From NCBI GenBank assembly GCA_013265495.1, contig MU057987.1, positions 1 through 64,000 of the forward strand: DNA of 64,000 bases, read 5' to 3'. The position numbers were made by a program, and so were the translations under genes. The notes beneath the pieces were generated by a model. It was not told the origin of the DNA. It ran no database searches and worked only from the letters and a program-made list of their open reading frames with translations. Positions 1-12,672 of the stretch are shown piece after piece; the stretch's first letter is position 1; every line of letters begins with the position of its first letter. The DNA is from Vicugna vicugna. Lineage: Eukaryota.

Positions 1-360
1 CCTAAGAACTGTGAAAACAAAGGGATCTGAGCGAGAGGAGGAAAACCAGACGGAAAAGACAGTGGGGGCGGCGCGGGGGCAGTAGAAGCCGGACTCTGCT
101 CGAGGAAAGTAAAAGTTAGGAGAATGGAGGCTGGGAAGCCTATTTGCTGTGAAGGGAAGGAGAAAGGTGAGAGCGACCAGAAAAAGAACCAAGGACATTT
201 TTTGTTGCTTTGTTTGTGTATTAGTTTTGTGATGAAAAGTCTAGCACAAGTTTGTGAGCCTGAAGGGGAGGGTCATGAAGGGAGGGATGTGAAAGGAACA
301 TGGGGCTCCTTAGGGCTCACTGATGACGGAGGGTCTCAGGGGAGACGGGTGAGGACCGGG
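1..360 (-). mobile_element. Decayed L2 LINE fragment (tentative)
   Basis: Purine-rich sequence resembling antisense L2 internal region; by eye only. Confidence 0.35.
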
Positions 361-444
361 TCCCGGCACAGTGAGGGAAGACCTTTCACCAGAGGCATCT
401 CCTCACCTGAGTCAGCAGGGGTGGATTGTTAGCACAGATGCTGT

Positions 445-645
445 TGCTGGTGACGAATATATTAGCCTGCAGGTTTTAAGTGCTCACGCGCTAGACCCTG
501 TGCTAAGCTCTGCACGCATGCTATCAGCTCCAAGTCTCACAGTGCCTCTGAGGGAGGAAACCAGACCAGAGAGGCTAAGTGACTTGCTTAAGGGCACACC
601 GCTAATAAGTGCCAGAGCTAGAACTTGAAACCGGAGCTGTCTGCT
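445..645 (-). mobile_element. MIR SINE
   Basis: MIR core in antisense: gaggaaaccagaccagagaggctaagtgacttgcttaagggcacac...agagctagaacttgaaacc. Confidence 0.65.
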
Positions 646-2692
646 TCCCACCCCGAGGAGGGGGACGTTGAGAGAATCCTGTGCTGTGGGGACAGAAATG
701 GGAGCCGGCCAGCGTCACAGACTGTCCTCTGGTTCACGGGACCACGTGCAATTGTCCAAGCACCAGGCATGTGCAGTTTACTTAGATCTCAGAGTCATAT
801 TCAGCTTAGCTGAAGAGTTTACTTAGCTCAGGGGTGTTGCATTTGGCCAGAACAGACGGGTGTTCTTGGCAAAGCTCTCCTTCCTCCCTCCGCTCCATGG
901 AGACACACTGGTTGTCACGGCTGGTCTGAGGAGGCTGAGCAGGTCTGAGCAGGCCAAAAGCTCTGAATATTTCCTCCTGCCAAATGCTGTCACATATGCC
1001 TTCCTGGTACGCCAGGCTCAGGGGCTATAATAACAAGACCCTTCCAACAACAGGATGCACGCTGAAACTAACAATCTGCACTTCCACCATCTATTTCCAA
1101 TTTGCTTATGCATTTGTGTGACTGTCCTAAAGGGGTCCACGTTGGCTGTGGTCCCCTTTTCCCCCACGTGACCTCCTATGATGACAAGGACCACAGAAAG
1201 AGGAGCTAAGGATGATACCAGGGATCATAGCAACAGATCAAGGAATTAATACTCTTCCACCAAAAACTCAACCATTAAGATGCAGAATTAGGTAACTGTG
1301 AGTAAATGATAGCTTTGCATAAGACAAGGACAGGAGATGGCTGTTAAAAAGACCATACAAGTCCGCCTCAAAAAGGACTTCAGCCCAAGTGACTTGATGC
1401 AGAGCTGTCTCAATCTTCTGAAGACCGAAAGATAATAGCAGGGTGGGGGTGAGGTGGGACAAGGTCGCGGAAAGGACCAGTATAGGCAGCATCACCACTG
1501 CCGTCCTCATCATGATTTGGGTGAAGTACCTTCCCGGTCAGCTCTTCTGTATCTCCTGATGAACAGTTACGTGGGAAGGAAGCTTCTCAAGGTTATTCCC
1601 TTGCAAATAACAGCTAGAGCTGCTTCTGACTTGTCTCCAGGCAGAATATTCTGATATTATTATTTATTTTCATTTTGTCTTGTTCTGAAAACAGTTTGAG
1701 CTGTCTTACAAAGTTCAGTCTATACTATGTAACATAAATAGATGAGAAAAAAAAAACCCAGGAAAATAAACCTATGGGTAAATATTTGTGTGTGCGTGTG
1801 TGTGAGAGAGAGAGAGAATAAGAGAATCTGAATGTGATGACTATCTTTTTTTTTAAAAACAGGACTTATTTGTCTTCTAGTTTCTGATTCTGCCTACACC
1901 CTCCCTTTATAGGTTATCACAAAAAAAGTATGTCTTTTAATTTGACCAAATGCAAACTTGTATCTCTACTAGAGGGGGAGGTGATGAAAAGCCTCTCTTG
2001 AGAAAAGTGAATGGACAAATAAAGATTTCTCATCCCAGACGAAAGAAAATAACCCAGGAAGGGAGCCAAAGAAAGAAGATTCCGAGGAGAGAGATGGAAG
2101 GTGATGCCAAGAGGCAAACACATAAAAAAGATTTAGAGATCTGGCTAATTAAAAATTTAAAAGCTTTATTTGTCAAAAACATCATAAACAACCCAAATGT
2201 TCCCAGACAGAGGACAGGTTGAAACCACTGAAGTGCATTTGCTGTGTCGGTGGGAAAGTGCTGAGCCCAGGCGGTCTCCGGTTGAGGTTAAGCCTCAGTT
2301 CAAGGTCGTGCAGCCAAGCTGCGGGCTGACACCTCTCTGCGCCATGGTCCGTGTTCTTAGCCATCGTTCCTCTTTCTGCTTCTATAAATTCCCCTGGGAT
2401 TTATCTATTTCTTTCTCTTTGAAATCTTGCTGTTTCCTTTATTATTTCTATATATTTTGTTTTGTTTTTATATTCAACATATTCTTGAGTGACTCTTTAG
2501 TTGTTCAGTGATTTTCTTGGTATTCTGTTAATGTTTATTAAATAAATACTTCCTATGGAAAGTAAAAGCTCCAATTTCATCCCCAGCAGGTATAATAGAT
2601 AGATTATTTGAAAAAAAAATTGTCAACTGGGCATCTTCTAATTTAAAACAATAGATTTGAGGTTGCTACTTAAAGCCTAAATTAATATTTTA

Positions 2693-3372
2693 AAAATAAC
2701 AAGTGTTGGTGAGGAGGTAGAGAAATTGGAACCTTGTGCAATACTGGTAGGAATGCAAAATGGTGTCATGCAAAACAATGTGGCCATTCCCTAGAAAATT
2801 TAAAGTAGAATTACTATGTGATCCAACAATCCCACTACTGAGTGTATACCCAAAATAACTGAAAGCAGGTTCTCAGAGAAGTATTTGTACGTCCGTGTTC
2901 ATAACAGCATTATTCACGATAACCAAAAGGAGGAAGCAGCGCAAGTGTCCATCAGTGACTGAATGGATAAACAAAATGTAATATACACATACAATGGACT
3001 ATTATTTGGCCTTAAACTGGAAGGAAATTCTGACACACGCTACAGCATGGGTGAAACTTGAGGGTGTTACACTAAGTGAAAGAAGCCAGTCACAAAAACC
3101 AAATATTGCAATATCCCACTTACATGAGGTAGCCAGAGAAGTCAAATCCATACACAGAAAAAAGGGCTGTTGTAGCCCGGGGCTAGGGTGAGGGGAAAAT
3201 GGGGAGTTGCTATTTAATGCATGTAGTTTTAGTTTTGCAAGATGAAAAGAGTTCCGGCTGTTGGCTGCACAACCATGTGAATATACTTAACACTGTTGAA
3301 CCGAACACTTAAAAATTGTTAAGTTGGTAAGGTTTCTTATATATACACATATTCACTACAATTAAAAAAAAT
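2693..3372 (+). mobile_element. L1 3' end (ORF2 C-terminus + 3'UTR, old L1M-type), 5'-truncated
   Basis: aataacaagtgttggtgaggag..., gaatggataaacaaaatg, aagccagtcacaaaa, ends in A-rich tail; ORF 2994..3191 (EILTHATAWVKLEGVTLSERSQSQK) is the L1 ORF2 terminus. Confidence 0.9.
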
Positions 3373-5519
3373 TAAAAATCCTAACTCAGTTATTCTTCTG
3401 TAAGGTACAAATTTATTTTCTTACCGTTTTTCCATATACCTTATGGACAGCATATCCCAATATGCAGAAAACCCCATTATGTTGTGTATAATGGGGTTTG
3501 GCTCCATATATATATATATGCATATATGAATTCAAAACTGGAAGAATAGAAACCAGGCATGAACAAAAGATAAAATGAACGAGGGCTTACATCCCAATTA
3601 CTAATAATGTGCTTAACTATTCAAAATGGGAACTTTCTGAATGCTTTAATTCAAGTCTCCCGATAAAAAGCCTATTTTTGACTTGAAATGAAGAACAATT
3701 AATTCTACTATAGGCTTCCGTCATGACGATAATACTGGAACCTGATTATACTTTATAATGATAGCGGATAGGGTAATTTAAAAAAATGTTTTATCGGATC
3801 CATGAAGGGATCATTGTGTGACCTGCATTTAAAAAAATCCACTCTCCAAAGAATTATCTGTGCCGAGGCTGTGACTGTGAGGTCAAGTTATGTGTTTGAA
3901 GCTGATTAATCCCTTTCCGGGGGTGACTGCTGTAACTTGTACTGTTTACAATTAATCCCTTCTGGAATCTGGCCCTGAGTTATTTTTATATGAAATCTCA
4001 GAATCCATGCAATATTCATATCTCATATATAGACACATAATAGTGGGCAAGAGTCTTACCATTATGCATGGATTCATTCAAATTTGATAGAATTCTCTCT
4101 CTCCAGAGATAGATTATGAAAGTCTCTTAAAAGAACAGATTTCCATACTAACTTTGAACTTAATCAGCTATTTCATAATTGTTCCAGGACTGCTACAAGG
4201 AATCCCATGACTTCTTATTATTCGGAGCAGCAAGACAGAAATGTATGCAACCTTCCTTCCCTTTAGGAGGTGGCAAAAGGTCTCAGAGCTTACCTTTCAC
4301 ATGTTAATATTTCAGAACTCTATTATTCTGGCATGGGGGTAAAAAAAAAAAAGGAAAGTAACTTTCTAGATTCTTCAGTATTCTTCCCTTTCCTTACTCT
4401 CCAAAGCATCTTTCATGTAACTAAAATTCTTTTAACGCCTCTGCAGTCATTGCAAGAACTTTCATTTGTGATGTTTCACTAGGAAAATATTGAGTATTTG
4501 CCATTTGAAATGGAAACACAAAATAAACAGTTTACTCCTTCCACTGCATTGTTTGTATCTCTTTAACTGCAGTTAACAAATGAGATTCCAGAAAGATTTT
4601 GAGGACATCATTGGTTAGTTACAGGTACCATAGAGACCACATTTTTGCTTTTTTCTTTTCTTGCTTTTATTTTTTCATTTGCTAATAATTTATATATTTA
4701 AAATAATACCCTCTAAAAATTAAATTCTTATGGAGAATATATGTATATGTGCTGCCAATATGTCTGTCAAATTACATATTGCATTGCTGCCTGAAACAGG
4801 GAAAGTAACTGCACTGGCATGTATGAACTCAGCTAGAGGTGGTTTCTCGTCTTTATTTCGGGGGTGGTCATCCAATTCAGGAAGACATGGGAAGACAGTT
4901 TGTGTCTTCAGTTGTGCATTGCAACCTACTCGTATGACTTTTCCTCCCCGAACTGTAAGTTTATGGAAGTCAAGGACTGTCTTTCCCTGGGATGTGGATC
5001 TTGGAAAAGCTCCACATGTCCAGCCTGACAGAAGAACCACTGTGCTAGAAATGTACCCCAACAGTGTTCCTACGGAAAGGACAGGACGTGGGTGGCACGT
5101 GTCTCGTGGCAGGGCTTCTGTGCACGCATGGCAGGCAGTACTGCCTGACCGTGGGGTTCTCCAGGTTAGCCTCAGCGTTCGTGCCCAGGAAGTCAGCACT
5201 TCAGCACAATAGTTGGAGCCTGTTTGCCATCCCTGGTCTAAAACATTGTCTACCTTTGCACAGTGATTAGATTCTATAAAGACTCTTGGACAAATCTATT
5301 TCCTGTGTTGCTACAAAGTAGTGTCAAGTGATAGCATGGTAATTCAACACGGTCATTTTTCAATTAATGGAAATAATTGAACTTGATGCTTTTCTATTTT
5401 CCAGAAATAATTCTCTTCTCATTGTCAGCCATTTAGGCTCCCACCCAGAAAATATGTTATGGGTCAAATCTGGTAACGTTTGGTAATATTTCCCTGTTAG
5501 TCTCACTACCTAAAGAGAA

Positions 5520-5750
5520 GGATGTAGCCTAGTGACTAATCATACAAAGTCTGTATTCAGAGTGTTTGAATCCAAGCTGTAGCTCTTCACTTATTCCGTG
5601 ATCTTAGGAAGATAACAGAACCTCTTTATTGCCTTGATTTACCCACTAGCAAATAGGTACATAAGAGTTGTGAGAAATAAATGCATGAGAAGCAATTAAT
5701 ACCCGACTAGTGGAGGGGAGACCCTCCACAGTTATGGATTATTTTTGTTA
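5520..5750 (+). mobile_element. MIR SINE
   Basis: gtagcctagtg...tttgaatcc...gtgatcttaggaag...aacctct...gttgtgagaaataaatg. Confidence 0.5.
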
Positions 5751-5984
5751 TTAGTCATACAATTTAGAAGCATTATTTTATATCACCTTTCCTAAAAGTG
5801 ATCTTTTTTGACAATAGAAATTTCAGAAATTTCTTATTTGTTTAGTATTCTTGTAAGCACTTTGGGAGTTCTTTAGCATTGTTTAAATACATGTGCAAGC
5901 TATGCCTATATGAAGATGAATATATTACTTGGTTTCAAAAGCTAGAATACCTGTAGATGATTTTACTTTTATTCACCATCTGTC

Positions 5985-6225
5985 TTTTATCTATTCATCC
6001 ATCCATCCACCCATCCAATAAATATTCGACAAGTGCCTGCGCTGGTGAAATAAAGATAAACAAGGTGCATTATCTGCCTTTAATGATCTCCCATCCTCTG
6101 ATGGGAGAGACAGACAGACAATTACAATCCTGAGTGTGATGTACCAGGAGATGACCGTGCTTGGGGTGATATAAAAGGGCACAGAGGATGAATTTCAATG
6201 TCTTGAAGGTCAGGGAAGACTTTCA
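5985..6225 (-). mobile_element. L2 3' end
   Basis: (ATCC)n-like tail, then aaatattcgacaagtgcctgc...tctgcctttaatgatctc, the typical antisense L2 terminus. Confidence 0.6.
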
Positions 6226-8229
6226 GTTTTTCTAGTAATGCTCAGTTTATTTAAAAGGAATTGTTTTTTAGTTGACCTTAGCTCCAAATTACCTTAGATA
6301 AATGAATTCAGAGCCTTATAGAAAACACTTAGGGCAAACCCAGCTTCATTCAAAGCTGGAAGAGAGAAACTTCTTTTTTAATCTCATGGCTCTTTTACTT
6401 TAGGGAGCAGAACGCGCTGATTATGGCTATTTGGCTGCCTCTCGGTCCTGTTTTCCAAAAGGGTATTGGTGTATTTTATACAGCCGAGCTGAATAAACCC
6501 CAGTACTTACCACTGTAATTTACTGCATGTGAAACTGACTTGTCCCCTCGATCACGAAGTAAATTCACTAGGGAAAGTTTTCATCCCACTTTTATATTTC
6601 AGAAATAAATCATTCTTTCTGCACAAAACACGTACAAAGCTATAAAACTTAGACTACGCGTTAGTAATTATTTTAAGGCTTATAAATCCTAGATTACTTT
6701 ATAGTGTGGCCAAAGGAATCTTTTTTTTTATCCAGATCTTTTATTTTTATCTAGTCAAATGGGTCATTGGTTATACAGAGTCTTTACAGATTTGAATTTA
6801 GAAAGCTGTGCATTTTTATAATGTTAGTTTGCTTGCTAATGCAAAATGTTAAGATACCTGTACTCTTGATTTTTCTTTTATTCAAGGTCCCTGGACACAA
6901 GGAATCATATTATCTTATCACTGGGAATTTACAGGGTACTTCTTGTATCAATGAGTCAGTAACAGATCCAATGTAAATGAAAGAAAGAATGAAAACATTT
7001 CAAAATCCCTGAAAATCATTGCTCCTGGAACATTCAGCCATGGCACTGAATTTAGGACTGTCAGGGACATTGCCACAGGCACGAGCACCAGCCAACTGCA
7101 TAGGTTAATGATGATAAAGTTTGCCAACTGCACTCTTGATTGCTTTTTTTTTAACCCTTTTTAAGAAATATCCTTGAACCACTTCAAATAATGAGGAACT
7201 AAACAACATACTCATTCCTTATTTATGAACCAGAAACCAGGAGACCAATTTGCTTTGGAAATGTAGTCATTCAAACACACAAACATCACTCTTTGGATAG
7301 AAGGAGCCATTTTGTATGGAAGAGTAGAAATCCCTTCATTATTTCTGAAGACCAACAGTAAAGCTTTCTAGAGAAAGTCTTTCCCGAATCCTCCATGACT
7401 GTAATTCAGTTTTGATGAAACAAAAAGTGAAAGTGGAAGGTTAAGTGCTCCATCCAGAGTACAGAGGAGCCAAGTTTAAAAACCCAGAAGGGGTCCTTCC
7501 GGAAAAGGCTTTCTCAGAAATAACCTGTCATATGAGAAGCAGACAGGACAATGATGAAACACTATCTTCATTGCTTATAAACTTAGAAATCGCTTTCTGT
7601 TAATTGAATTAGAACCAACAAGCATTCTCAGAATTGCTTGCTTTCTTAAGCAGGTCTTGAGGAATTGCTTGCAAACTTGTTCTGTTTCTCAAACTCATCA
7701 ATCCAATCATACACAGCATTTCAATACTTCAACTAACCCCCTAGATGCATTCACAAAATTGTCAAGGTCACCTGAAAATATTGAAAGAGTGAATGTGGCA
7801 TCAGTTGCTTAATTATTGTTTAACATAATATGTTAAAAAAAAAAGCTTTGTCTTCCATTATTAAGGCAGCACTGGCTGGGTTTCAAATACTGAATATCAT
7901 AGCATCTCCTGTATTTGTCCTCCAGAGGCCATATTCATGACGTCTGTGTTTTGTTGAGATTAACACCTGTTTTTCCTTTCTTCCCAGGGCAATCATTTAC
8001 CATTTACCACGAAGCTCATGAAGTCATGCTTCAGGACCTTTCTCTCTTACGGAGCGTCACTGCAGTGGCTGTGGACATTCAGAGGGTCTTGCTAACTACA
8101 AATTGAGTTGTGGGTACATTTCCATTGGCTTTAGTGGGATATAATTGATTCGCCATCTTTTTTGTTTGTAATTAAGCTAATATGTTAGCTGGGCTGGTGT
8201 AGGAATAACTCGTCATGGTATTCTGATAC

Positions 8230-8700
8230 TTTGCAGAAGAAATATTTGTATAATGAAGGAGAAGAAACAAGTTTGTCCTTGGCAAATTTGTCCAAATTGT
8301 TCAGCTCACAAATATGACATGTATCAGGAATTACCCAAATTTGAAAACAACCATAAAAATTTACATTGATATTACCAAATAAGTTTGGAACTGAAGGACA
8401 CATTTTTTAAAATTATCCTCAAAACAAATAAATGTCCATTACTCAAGCTAAAGGAAAAACTAAATTGCCTATTAAAAATTATTGTATAAATAGATAATCA
8501 AAGAGCATGAATGTAGCCCCAAAACGTAAGAAATAAAAATACTATAAAGGTGTATTAGGCCATTAATTTATAAAATGTATTATTTTGGGGTTTTGGTAAT
8601 AGTTAATTTGTTAGCTTTGAAAAATTTTTACTGTTGTAATTTTCTCTCACTCTAAATATTATTCACTTAATCTAATTTTGTATTTTTTATTTTTAATAAA
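8230..8700 (+). mobile_element. hAT-Tip100 DNA transposon fossil (Zaphod-like): transposase C-terminus plus 3' flank
   Basis: Frameshifted translation NYPNLKTTIKIY..ILP..TEGH..KL..KEKLNCL resembles the hAT C-terminal dimerisation motif (FPNL..L.I..TLP.....ER.FS.L....ERL..L); downstream AT-rich sequence resembles the recalled Zaphod consensus. Confidence 0.6.
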
Positions 8701-8884
8701 TGTTAACATTTTAATTTAGGGAAAAATTCAAACAATGAAAAGAAAAATTTTAAAAATTAAGAATATCTCCATTGCTTCAGCAGGGCAAGAGCAATTAAAT
8801 TCCCTCTTCTATTGCATGTTTACTTGTGCAACATTCATTTTTCATTATATTTTTATAAAGGTCTTTAAAACTACTGCTCTTCAT

Positions 8885-9143
8885 TCACATATATAGAGAA
8901 CAAACTGGTGGTTACCATGAGGAAAGGGAAGGGGGTGGGGGCAACATGGGGGTAGAGGATTTAGAGGTACAAACTATTATGTATAAAATAAGCTACAAGG
9001 ATGTATTGTACAACACAGGGAATGTAGCCAATATTTTATAATAACTATAAATGGAGTATAACCTTTAAAATTTGTGAATCACTATACTGTATACCTGTAT
9101 CCGTAACTTACATCATATTGTACATCAACTATAATTTTTTAAA
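8885..9143 (+). mobile_element. L1 3'UTR fragment (Laurasiatherian-type)
   Basis: gagaacaaactggtggttacc, G-rich tract, gtacaaactattatgtataaaataagctacaagg...gaatcactatactgtatacctg. Confidence 0.85.
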
Positions 9144-12029
9144 ATACTGTTGCTCTTCATGGTCTTCTAAGCATATAAAGACATGTGTCTTTTGCCTCTG
9201 TACTCTTTTTCTTAAAAAGGGCACCCAATCCACCTATCCCTGTCAATAATTTTTGTAGTACCTAGAAATTCAGTTTACAATGACTGAGATAGCTTCTATC
9301 TTATTTTCTCCTTTTTTTTATGAGTCATCTTTAGCCATTTCACTTTTTATTGCATTCCATCAGCAAACTAGACTTCGAACTCCCCAGAAATCAATCTAGC
9401 TTTTTGTTAACAGGTATGTTATGAGAAGAAGTCACGGAGACTACAGTCTTCAAACATGTTCCCTCCAATTTCCCTCTTAGTAAGTAAAGAACCAGGACTC
9501 CTCTTTTCTAAAATCGCTTCAGCTTTTTGGGAAGACTGCTTCTAGCAGGGCGGAAGTATTTCTGACAACCAGAGATTCTGTTTGAAAAGAGTTTCATGCT
9601 AAAACCAAAAACGATTCTTAAACCTTGAGTCTCTAGTAGTCCTGAGTCATTATGAGTTGGTAAGTAGCCGTAGAGTAGGCTGGACTTTTGACATTTGACT
9701 GGTGATCTCTGTTATGAGAGGTTACAAGAGATTTTTGAAATACATGAAGTAACATTCAGAGGACAGCGATGGTTGTGACAGACTGAAATATTTTGTAAGA
9801 AAAAAATAGATTGGTGAATGTTGAATTTTAAAAAAATAGCTACAATATTTTCTACAAACCAAAATCTTCTACGAGCTCTAATTCCTGTGTGCATAGCAAT
9901 CAGGTTCAGGCGGAATCCTAGAAGGCGTAGAAAGTGCTGTGTTTCACTAACATGAATAATTAACCGGAGAAGGACATGCAATATTCATAGCGGGAAATTA
10001 TTAAAGGAGATTGCAGGAGGGGAGAAAATATCTAAAAATTGAAGAAAAATGAATCATTCAGCTTATGGCATTTCCTTTATTTATTTATATGATTAATTAA
10101 AAAAAAAACTTTTCCTTTTGGGCCCATGACAGACATGGATGTGCTAGACTGTAGGACCCTTGGACTGTACTGGATGCCAGGATTGAAACAATAAGGGATT
10201 CCATGGTGCGGGTGCCTTCTGCTGGGAGACAGGCCTCTGGACTAGGGGAAGTGGGACTCACGCTTTGCTTTTTGATTTTAAGCCCCTTCCAATAATATGA
10301 CAGCTGTTACTTTGGGAGTCAGAGCAATTGTTCAGTTCAGTGTCACAACCTGCAAGTAATCTATGTTATTGGAAGTTCTCACTTTTGTGGGAACAGATTA
10401 TGGTGATGGGCTCTAGAAAATCTATTGAATAAATAAATATTTCCAGGCAGATGTTGCTTTTCTGCCCCAAGCCAACAGCAATTGTGAGGCACAGAGCTTA
10501 GGGGTCACTGGTAGGGATATTAATTCACATCATAAAGCTTTGTCTAGGAGTGTCCACGAAATGATAAACAGCTGTTATTTCCTTGATGCGAAGTGATGAA
10601 AATGGGTCAAAAGAACAACATGTCTGAGATGTCATTTCTCCTGCCAGACACACAGCATCCATTCCCAGATGTTCTTATTTGCATAAGAGGAAAACTGGGA
10701 TTTCCGCCCCCCCTCCTAAAACCTGTTGGTCGGAGATCCTGGGTGCTTTAGTCCTTCAGAAAGGACTTTCAAGGATCACTTTCAAGTCCGGGAACTGGGG
10801 GTCTGATGTGAGCCTGAGCTAAGGCTACCACATGTAGCACTTTCTAGTTAAACCGCGCATCGTACTGCTGAGCTGACTTCAGGGCGGGCTCTGAAAGACT
10901 GCATCGTTCAGGTGTGGCCCCAAGAACAATGATGTCCCAATTAGCTGTGTCCAACCACCCAGATAACGTCACATCATCACCAGGCTCTCTGACCTTCCCT
11001 CTCCTGCCCTCTTTCCTTTTAGCTTAGAAAGTGAAATAGGCTTCAGACAAAAAAAAGAAGCTTGCAGAATCTGACATCAATTTCTCAAAAGGAAAATGGC
11101 GTATTTTTTATTTTACAGAAAAAAATGCTATAGTTTAAAAACTATATTTGCTGTAGATAACATTATACTTTAGAGCATTTAAGAGTGGAACCGTTTAACC
11201 CTTTCTAAATACCTAGAAATGTGTATGTGGGCTATTAAACATGGTGCTTCCTTCCTCTTTTGTTATTATGAATACATGTCGATCACAACAGAATCTATAA
11301 ATGTCCAGTAAACATGATAATATATTACCCCAAATGGAAGTTATACTATAGCATAGATTCATGAACAATGCAGGAAGTAATCTGAGCATTATTGGAAATG
11401 GCATTCATCAGCATTGACAATGCTGTTTTACACTGGGCCTGCATTAGATATAGCAGAGAAACAACTCATGCATTGGAATCACCAGAGAATGAGTTGCTCA
11501 GAATAGAATTTTTTGGTTAAGTTTTACAACAGTATTTCCAAAAATTACCTCGCACCTTCAAGGTAACTCTAAAACTTTAAACTAAGATTATCATTTTTAA
11601 ATGAAATTAAGAAAAATACTCTGTATAATGACTAAAGTTAGACAACTATAAAAGTAATCTATCCTCATTGACAATCTACATGTAGGTACTGAGGACTTTT
11701 GAAGACATCCAGATTGTATTCATGGCTCTCATTTATTCGTGGAGTTATTCATTCATCAAATATTCACTGAGCCCTTAATATGTTTCAGGCATTTGGTTAG
11801 GCATCTTATAAAAGAATGGCTGTATTTTCCTTTCTAAAGTTCTAGCCTATCAATAGTCTTTCACCCAGTCTGCAGAAACACGGAGCTAATCCCAGGTGGA
11901 AAGCTATCAGGCAGGCTGGAAATACTAAGACAATGAATAAGAATTTATTAGTATATTTCCAAGACTGTTAGAAGAGCAAGGGCTTCTGCCTTTCAGTGCA
12001 ATCATTCAGCTCACTTAGCTGGCAAAATA

Positions 12030-12240
12030 AGGATAGTAACCACGAGGTAACACTTACGTAGTATAAGCTCTATGCAAACTGCTTTATGTGCATTGGTTTA
12101 CTTTATCTTCAAATTAGTCTTGCAAAGTTACAATTCTGGAGCTTGTAGACGTTAATTAATTTGCTCAAGATCACATGAAAAAGTCTGGAACCAGAATCTA
12201 AATCCAAGTCTTTTTGACTTCAAAGCCCATGACTTCTATA
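12030..12240 (-). mobile_element. MIR SINE
   Basis: ttaattaatttgctcaagatcaca...gaaccagaatctaaatccaagtctttttgacttcaaagccc. Confidence 0.6.
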
Positions 12241-12672
12241 CATAATGGAAAAACATTTACGTATTTATAATACTTTGATGATATTAGCCGTTAACCATCC
12301 TTTAACTCTTGCTCTATGTTTCCCCCAACAACCTCTTCTGATTTACTTAGAATTTCCAGTGAATATTTTTCTTGCAGGAAGAAGATAGTCTACCAGTGAT
12401 TTTGAATGGTTGATCCTCATGGATATTGCAAATTTTAAAAATTATAATCAAATGATTTTGTATCATGATTTATACTACCTCCTCTTATGAATTTGATTAA
12501 CATGAGTTGGCCCCTCCAATACAAACATCACTTCTGAATACATTTAAATATGGAGTTTTTTTGGCCTATAGAACTCAAGACTACATCAGACCAAGGTATT
12601 TTTGGCATCTAAGCAAAATCTCTACTTTATCCTTTATATTCTCAGAAATAATGCAGTAGTTTCTTTCTTTCT

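Noticed and set aside
1913..2100. Apparent 15-nt micro-exon followed by a K/R-rich exon
   Set aside because: The implied intron is only 45 nt, too short for mammals; peptide not recognised
5132..5147. Perfect 16-bp palindrome CAGGCAGTACTGCCTG
   Set aside because: About one is expected by chance in 64 kb (64000/4^8)
4720..5212. Overlapping 159-aa (-) and 160-aa (+) ORFs
   Set aside because: No recognisable homology; both strands open in mirror frames, typical of chance ORFs; unspliced ORF calls are poor evidence in mammalian DNA
7762..7770. Perfect TCAAGGTCA (ERR/SF-1) site, also at 32835-32843
   Set aside because: Two 9-mer hits in 64 kb is near chance; no supporting context
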